A stretch of 50,593 bases of DNA from the NCBI GenBank assembly GCA_051652765.1, contig JBOFUV010000050.1, positions 1-50,593 on the forward strand, given 5' to 3'. The position numbers and the translations under genes are program-made. The number at the start of each line of letters is the position of its first letter. Within the stretch, counting starts at the first letter, position 1. Under the pieces are notes generated by a model, which saw only the letters and a list, made by a program, of their open reading frames with translations, was not told where the DNA came from and did no database searches. Below, one piece after another: positions 38,242-47,498 of this stretch. The DNA comes from Microcoleaceae cyanobacterium. Lineage in GTDB: Bacteria; Cyanobacteriota; Cyanobacteriia; Cyanobacteriales; Microcoleaceae.

Positions 38242-39465
38242 ATGACAAACCCTGTTTTATCCCATTCGACTGACCACCCAGTCCCTCAAATGCCTCCTCC
38301 GCCCAGTAAGGTACAGGAATTGCCTCAAGGTCAGGCAATGCCAACGATTAAGCAAATGGTCAAAGATGCCTTCAGCATGAAAGCATCAGATATCCATATT
38401 CGGGTTGGACAGCCGACTCGTTTTCGGATTCAGGGGGAAATGGTACGACTCAAGGATCAAGTCAAGATTACCCCTGAAATCTTCGATCAGTTTTTGGCTG
38501 AAATGCTGAATCCCCATCAGCGTAAGCAGTTTACCGAAACCAAGGAACTCGACACCGCAATTTTTTACCCTGGGTTTATCCGCTGCCGGGTTAACTGCTT
38601 TGAAAGCTTAAGTGGAGGGGCGATTGTTCTACGACTCATCAGCCTGAAGATCCCGACGATTGATGAGCTGAGTTTACCTCAGGTGCTCAAGCGAATTATC
38701 AGCCAGCCTCAGGGATTGATTTTGATCACGGGGCCAACAGGATCAGGGAAGTCAACGACCCTGGCCGCAATGATTAACTACCTGAATGAAACCGCTAAAC
38801 GCCACGTTGTGACGATTGAAGACCCGATTGAATTTGTTCACCCTTCCAAAAAGTGCTTAGTCAGTCAACGGGAGGTGGGGATTCATACTTTAGAGTTTCA
38901 CAGTGCCTTGCGGGCTGTTTTACGGGAAGATCCTGATGTCATTCTGATTGGGGAAATGCGCGATCGCGTTACGGTCAATACAGCTCTTCAGGCTGCTCAA
39001 ACCGGTCACTTAGTTTTGGGAACCTTGCACACCCGCAACGCGATTAACTCCGTTAATCGTCTCCTCAACTTATTTGATGTAGACGAACAAGTTGCCATGC
39101 GGATTCAAATTTGTGACTCTTTAGTTGCGGTGATTGCTCAGTTATTGGTGCCAACGGTTGACGATACCCGAACTGCGGTTCATGATATTCTCGTCAATAC
39201 TCCTGCAATGAGCGACTTCCTGCTTAGAGGTGAGGATGATGGTGCCCGTCATCTGATGGAATCTGACACCTACGAGGGAATGCAACTGATTAACCAGGCC
39301 ATCTTTGAACAAGTCGTGGCAGGCCGGATCACAATGGAAGAAGCAGAGGCGGCCTCTCCTGAACCCTCTGATTTGGATCGGCGCTTCCGTATGGCTGGGA
39401 TCGAATCAGATGGTTCGGTACGGCAATATAAGGCGGGCAAGTCACCGTTTAGTACAGAAAACTAG
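38242..39465 (+). CDS. pilT: Type IV pilus retraction ATPase PilT/PilU family
   Basis: ASDIHI, GPTGSGKSTT, TIEDPIE, LREDPDVILIGEMRD, TGHLVLGTLH. Confidence 0.92.
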   Translation: MTNPVLSHSTDHPVPQMPPPPSKVQELPQGQAMPTIKQMVKDAFSMKASDIHIRVGQPTRFRIQGEMVRLKDQVKITPEIFDQFLAEMLNPHQRKQFTETKELDTAIFYPGFIRCRVNCFESLSGGAIVLRLISLKIPTIDELSLPQVLKRIISQPQGLILITGPTGSGKSTTLAAMINYLNETAKRHVVTIEDPIEFVHPSKKCLVSQREVGIHTLEFHSALRAVLREDPDVILIGEMRDRVTVNTALQAAQTGHLVLGTLHTRNAINSVNRLLNLFDVDEQVAMRIQICDSLVAVIAQLLVPTVDDTRTAVHDILVNTPAMSDFLLRGEDDGARHLMESDTYEGMQLINQAIFEQVVAGRITMEEAEAASPEPSDLDRRFRMAGIESDGSVRQYKAGKSPFSTEN

Positions 39466-39489
39466 CCATTTGGCTGCCCGAACCTAAGG

Positions 39490-39705
39490 TTAACCTTTTA
39501 GGAATTGCCCTCGCTTCAAAACTGCTTCACCATAGTCGGGAACCCATGCAACCCAACGGTCATTGCTGGTTTCACAAAGAAGCAGGGCTTGATCGGCGCT
39601 GTAATCGGAGAGAGAATCGCGCAATTGTACCCAGTCATTGGCCCGGGGAATAAATGTATCGACTGGAGCAATTGTATTCTGAGCGGTTGGGAGATTTGGT
39701 TTCAT
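39490..39705 (-). CDS. Small hypothetical protein
   Basis: 71-aa ORF filling the intergenic gap; ALLLCE...WVAWVPDYGE looks like a conserved cyanobacterial small protein (recall only). Confidence 0.6.
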   Translation of the reverse strand: MKPNLPTAQNTIAPVDTFIPRANDWVQLRDSLSDYSADQALLLCETSNDRWVAWVPDYGEAVLKRGQFLKG

Positions 39706-39879
39706 AAAACCCTCATTCTGTATTTCTCAATACAGAAATTTTAAATCTTTTCTTCTGTGGAATTGACTATTGTTGTGCAATTTAATATATTGCTGGGGGA
39801 TGGGCGATCGCTGATAGAGCGGGTAGGCAAGACTTGCCCTATGCCATTCGAGAAAAACCAACGGCTCAGGTTCAAGCTG

Positions 39880-40632
39880 TCATTCTAAATCTCGAAAATT
39901 ACAAGACACGAGTCTGTAAATCAATACTGCTAACTGAGAACCAACAATGGGTGCGATCCAATACACCCAATGATGTTGCCAGACTCCGGCAACTAAAGCT
40001 GGGCCAAGTGATCGCGCTGGATTCATGCTAGCTCCAGTAATTGGCCCTAGAAACGCAGCTTCCAACCCAACCGTTAAACCAATGGCCAATCCCGCAAAAC
40101 CAGAAGGTGCTCGGCGATCCAGTCCTGAACCCAAGATAATGAACATGAGAATAAACGTCAGAACTATTTCCAAAACCAACGCCTGTGACCAATTTCCGTT
40201 TAACGGCAAAGTTGCTCCCAAGTTCCCAACTGATCCCAGCGTTAGAACCAGTAAACTGGAAGCCATCACTGCCCCAACACACTGAGCCAGAATGTAAGGC
40301 AATACTTTTTGTTTTGGAAAGAAGCCGCTGACCCAGAATGCCAAAGTCACGGCAGGATTAATATGAGCTTGGCTAATATGTCCAGTCGCATAGATCAAGG
40401 CTGCAACCACCGCCCCAAAGACGAAACTAACTCCCAAATGGGTCAGGCTGCCGCCCGTAAGTTGGTCAACCATGACTGCCCCTGTCCCTGCAAATACCAA
40501 AATAAATGTGCTAATTCCTTCAACCATCGCTTCTCGCCAACTTTGGGTGATAGATTTCCAGATCATTTTTCTCAGAGTTCTCCTGCTTGAGGTTGGAGAA
40601 ACATTTTGAGGCTCGTTGTTGAGATGCAGCAT
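39880..40632 (-). CDS. MIP channel, NIP/AqpS-like aquaporin
   Basis: Two NPA motifs (HINPAVT, SMNPARS) and six TM helices. Confidence 0.92.
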   Translation of the reverse strand: MLHLNNEPQNVSPTSSRRTLRKMIWKSITQSWREAMVEGISTFILVFAGTGAVMVDQLTGGSLTHLGVSFVFGAVVAALIYATGHISQAHINPAVTLAFWVSGFFPKQKVLPYILAQCVGAVMASSLLVLTLGSVGNLGATLPLNGNWSQALVLEIVLTFILMFIILGSGLDRRAPSGFAGLAIGLTVGLEAAFLGPITGASMNPARSLGPALVAGVWQHHWVYWIAPIVGSQLAVLIYRLVSCNFRDLE

Positions 40633-40667
40633 GGTTGATTTAATAGTATCTTCAGGTTACCAGGGTT

Positions 40668-41702
40668 CTAATATTCAGTCCGCCGAGTCAAAACTTCATC
40701 AATTGTCAGATTAAACTGAGGTTTACCCCCGAAAACAGTTCCCACTTTAGTACTGTGAAAGTTGCGATAAAGCTTGATATAGTCATCCTCTCCAAAGGGA
40801 ATGTAACCGACAGAACTCACGACTTCTTTGGCATTCCTCATGTAGAAATCCAAAAAGCTAACCATGAGTGGATTTTTTTGTGCCGCGATCGCATTTACGT
40901 AAATGAATAGAGGTCGCGCTAGGGGTTGATATTCTGCCTTTTCGACTGCAGATGCAGTAGGCGATACAGGGCCTCCACCACTATCTACTGCCAAAGCTTT
41001 TAATTTACCTTGATGTTCAATATAGTAAGCATAACCAAAGTAACCCAAAGCATTGGGATTGGCGCTTACACCCGCTGCTAAAATTTCATCATCTTCACTA
41101 GCTGTGTAGTCACTCCGACTAGCTCCCACCTCGCCAACAATTGCATCGGTGAAGTAGTCATAGGTTCCAGAGTTTGTACCAGGGCCAAACAGTACAAGGG
41201 GTTTATTGGGCCACGAGGATCGAATTTGATCCCACTGGGTAATTTTTAGCTGAGCTGTAGGTTCCCAGATTTTCTTCAGTTCTGCCGTGGTAATTTCAGA
41301 GGCCCAAGTATTTTGGGGATGAACCACTACTGTTAAAGCGTCGAAAGCGATAGGAAGCTCGATATAAGGGATCTTGTTTTGCTTGCATAGCTCCATTTCA
41401 CTTTTCAAAATGGGCCGAGAAGCATTGTTGATATCAGTCTCTCCAGTACAGAATTTTTTGAAACCGCCTCCTGTACCAGAAAAGCTAGACTCTAGTTCAA
41501 CGTTTGGCCCTTTTTCTTGATTGAACTTCTCCATCATTGCCTCAGTGATGGGATAAACCGTGCTAGAGCCGTCAATTTTAAGAAACTGTTCATCGGCTGA
41601 TGGAGTGGGACTCCCAACACAGGCAGCAAGTACAGCAGCTACTCCCAGAGTCAGAGTAGCTGTTTTCACATTTTTGAGCAGAGGCATTTTAACTTTTCTC
41701 AT
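40668..41702 (-). CDS. pstS: Phosphate ABC transporter substrate-binding lipoprotein (PstS/SphX family)
   Basis: LAAC lipobox, [40 protein letters not shown] before ATG 41702. Confidence 0.92.
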   Translation of the reverse strand: MRKVKMPLLKNVKTATLTLGVAAVLAACVGSPTPSADEQFLKIDGSSTVYPITEAMMEKFNQEKGPNVELESSFSGTGGGFKKFCTGETDINNASRPILKSEMELCKQNKIPYIELPIAFDALTVVVHPQNTWASEITTAELKKIWEPTAQLKITQWDQIRSSWPNKPLVLFGPGTNSGTYDYFTDAIVGEVGASRSDYTASEDDEILAAGVSANPNALGYFGYAYYIEHQGKLKALAVDSGGGPVSPTASAVEKAEYQPLARPLFIYVNAIAAQKNPLMVSFLDFYMRNAKEVVSSVGYIPFGEDDYIKLYRNFHSTKVGTVFGGKPQFNLTIDEVLTRRTEY

Positions 41703-41916
41703 GACAATCACCTCGTAAATAAAAGGAAAAACAAACTTCATTTCAAGAAAAATTGATATATTAACCTCTAGTTTACATGCAACCCAATAAAAAAAGATGC
41801 TACCAATCAATAAATTTTGTTGCATTCAGGGATTGCAGATCGATATCTCAGCTCAAACTTGATTAGTCAGTTTAGATCCGAGAAAAACCCATGTTGGACA
41901 GTTAAGATTTGGATCG

Positions 41917-41943
41917 ATAGGGGCGAGGTCACTTCGCCCTTAC
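41917..41943 (-). repeat. GTAG-type REP-like palindrome, copy 1
   Basis: Minus strand GTAAGGGCGAAGTGACCTCGCCCCTAT, similar to the copy at 47439. Confidence 0.7.
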
Positions 41944-42270
41944 CCAGAGAGTTAAGGTCAAGTTCAAGGTGGAATATCAAGGGAATTCTAGAAATTTGCA
42001 GAGGGCTAGTACTTATCTTGAAAAACTGATGGGAATAATGAGTTTAGTGAGGACTGAGTCAGGAGATGGACTTAATAAAACTGGCACTAAATTGGAGAGG
42101 AAATACTCTTAACCCAGAATACTTCTACAGTTAGAATTGTGAATTTTGGAGCTGTCGGAAGTGTGAGGAGCAACAGGTTTTAATCAGCTTAGAACTCTAA
42201 CTGAATGGCACATTAACAGGTCAAAATCACCCGAGGTAATATTCTTAACGACACCCACTTTGGTCTGAGG

Positions 42271-42720
42271 TTAAAACTCACTGGCCGCTGGATCAATTGC
42301 CTCATGGGAAGAATTTTGCTGGTCAAAAGCCGTCCCATGACCACTTAGATCTCGAATCAGTTCAACTAATCCATTGGCAATTCTAACTGCAACAACGGTA
42401 CCATCAAATTCAAACTCAGAACTGCTTAACGCTTCAACCAACATTTGCTTACCAACCTCTGTCATCGAGATGACAGGAATCTGGTTTTCTTTTTCAATCC
42501 GAATTGCACCTGCAGTTTTGAGTTCGTCATAGAGGCCCTGATAGACACCCACCTTCTTGCCTTGGCGTTTCTGTTTAACTTTGCTGGTAAGTTCACTCTT
42601 TTTGACCTTGGTCACAATCCCTCCCAAGGCCCACAGTGTTAATAACAGACGGGCCTTGGCGTTGACATCTGCTTCACCCTTAATGGAATTGGGGGATTCG
42701 TCATATGCAACTGTTGACAT
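42271..42720 (-). CDS. Hypothetical basic protein, possibly winged-helix-like
   Basis: 149-aa ATG ORF; no diagnostic motif recognised. Confidence 0.55.
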   Translation of the reverse strand: MSTVAYDESPNSIKGEADVNAKARLLLTLWALGGIVTKVKKSELTSKVKQKRQGKKVGVYQGLYDELKTAGAIRIEKENQIPVISMTEVGKQMLVEALSSSEFEFDGTVVAVRIANGLVELIRDLSGHGTAFDQQNSSHEAIDPAASEF

Positions 42721-43029
42721 AGCAATCCTTTTGGGGTGTTAAAAATTACCCTCAGATTGTACAAACTCTCCGCAGAATTGTACATTCTGAATCAAAATCT
42801 AAAGGGACTTGATCTCGCTAAGGACTGAGTGAGTTTCAGGACAGGTTGACTTGCAAGTCCAGAACACAACCGTTTTTGACTGGTTTAGCTACTGATTGTT
42901 CTGCTCCTGACTTCCGACTCCCGATCTCGTTAGCGGTCTATCGATCTAAAAATTGTTCTAGAGTTGATTGATTCCTAAAGATCCGCTATGATGCAACAAA
43001 GTTAACACCAGCTCCCTGGATTGAGATCA

Positions 43030-43701
43030 GTGCAAGCCATAAATCTGCCAGAATCAAATCATCCCTTGGTCACGTCTCTCTCCCATCACAATGACCAAGA
43101 GCTACTCACACTGTTTCAAAATCACCTTGATCAGGGAAGGTATTTTGTCACAATTTTTTGTCGGTATGCGCTGATTGTTCATACTCTGATCAGCCACTCC
43201 GTGCGATCGCCTGTCCAAGCTGACTTTTTGTTTTCCCAGACTTGGCGGCATATCTTCTACGAGATGCGGGGGTTAAACCTGCGGAGTGATGATCTTCATC
43301 TTCAGGGCGGGGTGTTGACGCTGCAAAATTGGTTAATTAATGTTGCTGCAGCTTGTATCAATCGAGCTGAGTTACCCCAAGTCGAATCAATTCATTATTC
43401 TCTAGAGGCGGCTCCCCCACCCCTTTGGTGTTATGTGGGGCAAGTATTGGATCGAATGGACGGGCTAGAGCGGTTAGTCCTGTTGATGGCGCAGACGTTT
43501 CGTTGGAGTGAGACTCGGATTGCAGCTTACTTGCAAGCTGAGGGAGAATCCATTTCACCCAATGAAGTCAAGGCCCTTTTGAGTCAAGGCTACCAGCATT
43601 TGCATCACAGTTTGCCAGATGATATCCGGGCCATTTATCTTGGGGAGAGTCTGTCCCTGATCAAGCCTCAGGTTGAGACGGGGCAAGCCATCTACTCTTG
43701 A
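43030..43701 (+). CDS. Cyanobacterial sigma-70/ECF-like protein
   Basis: DQELL...FCRY...TWRHIF...WLIN region-2-like and WSETRIAAYL region-4-like segments. Confidence 0.7.
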   Translation: MQAINLPESNHPLVTSLSHHNDQELLTLFQNHLDQGRYFVTIFCRYALIVHTLISHSVRSPVQADFLFSQTWRHIFYEMRGLNLRSDDLHLQGGVLTLQNWLINVAAACINRAELPQVESIHYSLEAAPPPLWCYVGQVLDRMDGLERLVLLMAQTFRWSETRIAAYLQAEGESISPNEVKALLSQGYQHLHHSLPDDIRAIYLGESLSLIKPQVETGQAIYS

Positions 43702-43768
43702 GTCAGGTCGGTTATCGGGCAACAGTTGAGATAGCAAAGTTGATATCAAGCCTTGTTGCTGTTTCTAG

Positions 43769-44092
43769 TTATTTTGACCCCACCTGCTCACTGATCCAAT
43801 TGAGGTATGAGCTGCTTCCGGCGGCGATTGGCAAGGCAATTATTTCAGGAACTTCGTAGGAGTGAGTTGCTTGAATGTTTAGAATGATCTGATCGAGTAG
43901 GGCGAGGTCTGTCTTGATTACAAGCTGCCACTCCTGCTCTGAACAGATTTTGTCCTGCCAAGTATAGATCGAGTGAATTGGGGTCAGACTGACACAGGCT
44001 GCAAGTTTGGCCTCAACTAGATTCCTGGCAATGGTTTCAGCTTCAAGATGGGTTCCTGCTGTCACGAAAACAATTCCATATTGAGGAGTCAT
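43769..44092 (-). CDS. cutA: Divalent-cation tolerance protein CutA
   Basis: LAACV, SIYTWQ, IKT, HSYEVPEII, YLNW. Confidence 0.95.
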   Translation of the reverse strand: MTPQYGIVFVTAGTHLEAETIARNLVEAKLAACVSLTPIHSIYTWQDKICSEQEWQLVIKTDLALLDQIILNIQATHSYEVPEIIALPIAAGSSSYLNWISEQVGSK

Positions 44093-44291
44093 ACTTAAAT
44101 TATCTCACCCACTAATTTCCCTAGTAACTGACTTTATTCCTATCAAAGCACAAACCCTTCAGAACGTTTTGATAGTCTTGTATGGAAAACATGGAGAGGG
44201 GTAAGACCTAAGTTTGTCACACTCCGTAGTCTAGTTCATGCGATACACTATTAATACAAGTAATACAAGGCTAGACATTCAGACGTACCTA

Positions 44292-44645
44292 ATGGTTTTT
44301 AACTCTGACTTTCTTAAATCCAATGACACCGAGGCTTCAGAAAACCCTTTACTGAGCTACTTGCAGCATCAGCATCCCGACATTCTGGCACAGGTTGCTC
44401 AGTCTGCCAGTCCAGAAATCAAAGAAATTATCTCCAAGAATGTTCAAGGTTTAATTGGAGTGTTGCCCTCTGACGACTTTGATGTTCAGATTACAACGAA
44501 TCGAGAAAATCTTGCGGGCTTGTTGGCCTCAGCAATGATGACGGGGTATTTTCTGCGTCAGATGGAGCAACGGATGCACTTAGATTCCACCTTTACTCAA
44601 ATTACTTCAATCAGACCCTCTCCTAAACCTGATATGAAGGATTGA
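44292..44645 (+). CDS. DUF760 family protein
   Basis: NPLLSYLQ, LAGLLASAMMTGYFLRQMEQR. Confidence 0.88.
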   Translation: MVFNSDFLKSNDTEASENPLLSYLQHQHPDILAQVAQSASPEIKEIISKNVQGLIGVLPSDDFDVQITTNRENLAGLLASAMMTGYFLRQMEQRMHLDSTFTQITSIRPSPKPDMKD

Positions 44646-44960
44646 TTCAGTCCAGGTGCTGAGTTGAGTGAGTCTAGTCAGCTTGATGAACATTCTAAAC
44701 AGCTTAAACTGTTTAAAAACTATAGCCATCTTAAATCAAGCATGAGAGATCTTAGAGAGGGGTGGCACAAAGTCCCTGAGGAAGGTGTTTTGCCTCCTCC
44801 ACCCCCTACTCAAGTCCCTTTTTCTAGACGGGAAGCGGCTTCCCGTTAGAGTAACGGGATTTAAGAAATTGCTCTAGATTGCATCTGAGCAAAAACGGCT
44901 GTAGCATCTAGCTGTAGCTTCTAAATAAGATCTCTTTAAAATAAAAGAGTTTTCCTCTGA

Positions 44961-46178
44961 TTAGTTCTCCCCGGAGAGTGCCGATGCTGGGAACGATTCT
45001 GTTTTAACTTTGAGGCTTTGGATCACCCCCCCTCGATTCACGTCTATGGGGAGTTCTTTCCCAACCTCCCCCATTTCTACTTGCTCCTGAACCTGAGATG
45101 GGGTACTCACCGTAACTCCCCCAATTTTTTGTAGAATATCTCCTTTGAGTAAACCGCCCTTGGCTGCAGGAGAGTTTTCAACAACTCGGACAATTAGCAC
45201 TCCCCGATCCTGAGGCAGTTCTACTTCAAGCTGTTCTGCCATCTCTTGCTGAATTGTAGGATTCAGTTCAACCATTTGCACCCCGAGGAAGGGATGATCC
45301 ACTTTTCCCTTGGCAAACAGTTGGTCAGCAACTCGCAAGGCGGTCTCAATCGGAATAGCAAAGCCGAGTCCTTGAGCATTTGCGCGAATTGCTGTGTTAA
45401 TGCCAATGACTTTTCCTTGATCGTTCAATAGTGGCCCACCAGAATTCCCTGGATTAATAGCGGCATCGGTTTGAATAAAGCGGACTCGCTTGTCCGGAAT
45501 CCCAACCTGAGAGCTGGAACGGCCCGTAGCGCTAATAATGCCAACAGTAACGGTATTGTCTAATCCGAGCGGATTGCCGATGGCGATCGCCCACTGCCCT
45601 GCAACAATGTCATCTGAGCGACCGATGGGAGCCGTTGGGAAGGGATCTTTAGCCTCGATTTTGACCACCGCAATGTCTGTCAAGTCATCTACCCCTTTGA
45701 CCTTGCCCTCATAGGTACGACCGTCATTCAACGTCACCTGAACCGTATCTGCCCCATTGACAACATGGGCGTTTGTAATTAAGCGACCATCAGCACTCAA
45801 AATAAACCCAGATCCAGTCCCTTGACGAGTCCGTTCGTTGGGCTCAGGCAGGCGATCACCAAAAAAACGCTTGAGCAGAGGATTGTTAAAAGCGCCAGAC
45901 TCCTCACTAGCCACTTTTCGGGTGGCATCAATTCGCACCACTGATGCCCCAACTTGTTCAGCAGCTTCGGCAATAAAGTTGGGACTCCCTTGCTCAACAA
46001 CCCGATTCTCCGGAAACGATGGCAGAGAATTTGCAGGCAAAGGTCGAACCACTGGAATTGCTGGGGCGTTGTCTGCTTGCTCTTGAGCTTGCAAATAGCG
46101 ACTCCCTAGCCAACCTGTGCCGCCCCCAATGGAAAGGAGAGTCAGATAGATTGTAAATTGCTTAAACGATAATTCCAT
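44961..46178 (-). CDS. HtrA/Deg serine protease with PDZ domain (HhoA/HhoB type)
   Basis: GSGFI, TNAHV, DIAVVK, INPGNSGGPL, C-terminal PDZ. Confidence 0.95.
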   Translation of the reverse strand: MELSFKQFTIYLTLLSIGGGTGWLGSRYLQAQEQADNAPAIPVVRPLPANSLPSFPENRVVEQGSPNFIAEAAEQVGASVVRIDATRKVASEESGAFNNPLLKRFFGDRLPEPNERTRQGTGSGFILSADGRLITNAHVVNGADTVQVTLNDGRTYEGKVKGVDDLTDIAVVKIEAKDPFPTAPIGRSDDIVAGQWAIAIGNPLGLDNTVTVGIISATGRSSSQVGIPDKRVRFIQTDAAINPGNSGGPLLNDQGKVIGINTAIRANAQGLGFAIPIETALRVADQLFAKGKVDHPFLGVQMVELNPTIQQEMAEQLEVELPQDRGVLIVRVVENSPAAKGGLLKGDILQKIGGVTVSTPSQVQEQVEMGEVGKELPIDVNRGGVIQSLKVKTESFPASALSGEN

Positions 46179-46524
46179 CTGTTCTAACACTGAATTACAC
46201 TAACCCATCAATCAGGATTGAAAAACCGTTGCCGACTTGACAGCCTGGATGAAAAATGGGAAGCTCTATCGGCAAACAACCTGTTCTCAGTAGCCATGAA
46301 GCAGCCATGGCTTAGACTTCATGGCAAGCCCTATTCACTAAAACTAAACAGTCGATAAGGTTTGAATGCCTATTACTCAATTTAACTCATAACTTCGAAT
46401 CTGAGTTTGGGCTGTTATGATTTTGAGGTAATAGTAGATTAGCTGATTCTCAGCTTTCAAACCGATAGATTTTTAACAGTTTTCTTAAGAGTTTTCCTTG
46501 ACAATTCTTAATGTTTTCGATGCA

Positions 46525-47442
46525 ATGCAAACACAATGGATGAGTATAGCGCACGGAACCTTGCTGATCTTACTGGGAATGGGGTTAAGTTTAGGATTAC
46601 CGACCCTCGCCAATGAAGCTTTACTCAAAGACGCTCAGGACGTTTGCCCCCAGCCCGCCCTGAGCCGTTTGCAGCGTCATCGCGTTACCGAAGGAGAAAC
46701 TTTAGAGACGATTGCTCGCCAGTACAATCTGATCCCGGCCACCTTGCTGGGCATGAATTCCGATCTTCGCACCGGTCGGCTTTTGATTGGACAGGAACTT
46801 CTAATCCCCCCCTACAATGGCATTCAAGTTGAAGTTCCAGCCGGAAGCACCTGGCAAGAGATTGCCAAACGTTACAATGCCCAAGCAGATGTTTTATTTG
46901 AAGTGAATGGCTGTCAACTGCAACCCAGGATGGTGTTTATTCCTGGAGTGAATTGGACACCGGCAGAGCAGGTTACACCCGCTTTAACGGTTTTATCCGG
47001 CTACCCTTTGCCCAACTTAGCCTTAGTTCAATTGAGTTATGGTTGGCAACTCCATCCAGTGAAAAATGTGGTTGTATTTCATAGTGGGATAGACTTTGAT
47101 GCCACAGTAGGAACGTCCGTCCTGTCCGTAGGCGAAGGCGTTGTGGCGTTTGCTGGAGAGCGGCAAGAGTATGGGAATTTAGTCGTCGTCAACCATCCTG
47201 CGGGAAAACAGACTCGCTATGCTCACCTCAAGAACATGACGGTGAAAACAGGCCAAACCGTTCGGCCAGGGGAAACGATTGGCACTGTTGGGATAACGGG
47301 TCAACCGGACAGCAATCAACCCCATCTTCATTTTGAGATTCGCTACAACTCCGATTTTGGCTGGATTGCGGAAGATCCAAGTCCCTACTTTACCCAGTTC
47401 TCTCGCCCAACCCCGGTTCCTTCCAGTAGAGGCGTTCAGTAG
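46525..47442 (+). CDS. LysM-LysM-M23 metallopeptidase
   Basis: HRVTEGETLETIARQY LysM; HSGID, YAHL and HLHFE M23 motifs. Confidence 0.92.
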   Translation: MQTQWMSIAHGTLLILLGMGLSLGLPTLANEALLKDAQDVCPQPALSRLQRHRVTEGETLETIARQYNLIPATLLGMNSDLRTGRLLIGQELLIPPYNGIQVEVPAGSTWQEIAKRYNAQADVLFEVNGCQLQPRMVFIPGVNWTPAEQVTPALTVLSGYPLPNLALVQLSYGWQLHPVKNVVVFHSGIDFDATVGTSVLSVGEGVVAFAGERQEYGNLVVVNHPAGKQTRYAHLKNMTVKTGQTVRPGETIGTVGITGQPDSNQPHLHFEIRYNSDFGWIAEDPSPYFTQFSRPTPVPSSRGVQ

Positions 47443-47465
47443 GGGCGAGGTGACCTCGTCCCCAC
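47439..47465 (+). repeat. GTAG-type REP-like palindrome, copy 2
   Basis: GTAGGGGCGAGGTGACCTCGTCCCCAC; its TAG is the M23 gene stop; lies between convergent genes. Confidence 0.7.
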
Positions 47466-47498
47466 AAAGAAAGGCTTTAATAATCCGATCAGTCAACG

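Noticed and set aside
41950..41970. SphR/Pho box upstream of pstS
   Set aside because: Only two imperfect YTTAAYYW-like half sites, about 250 bp from the start; too weak to call.
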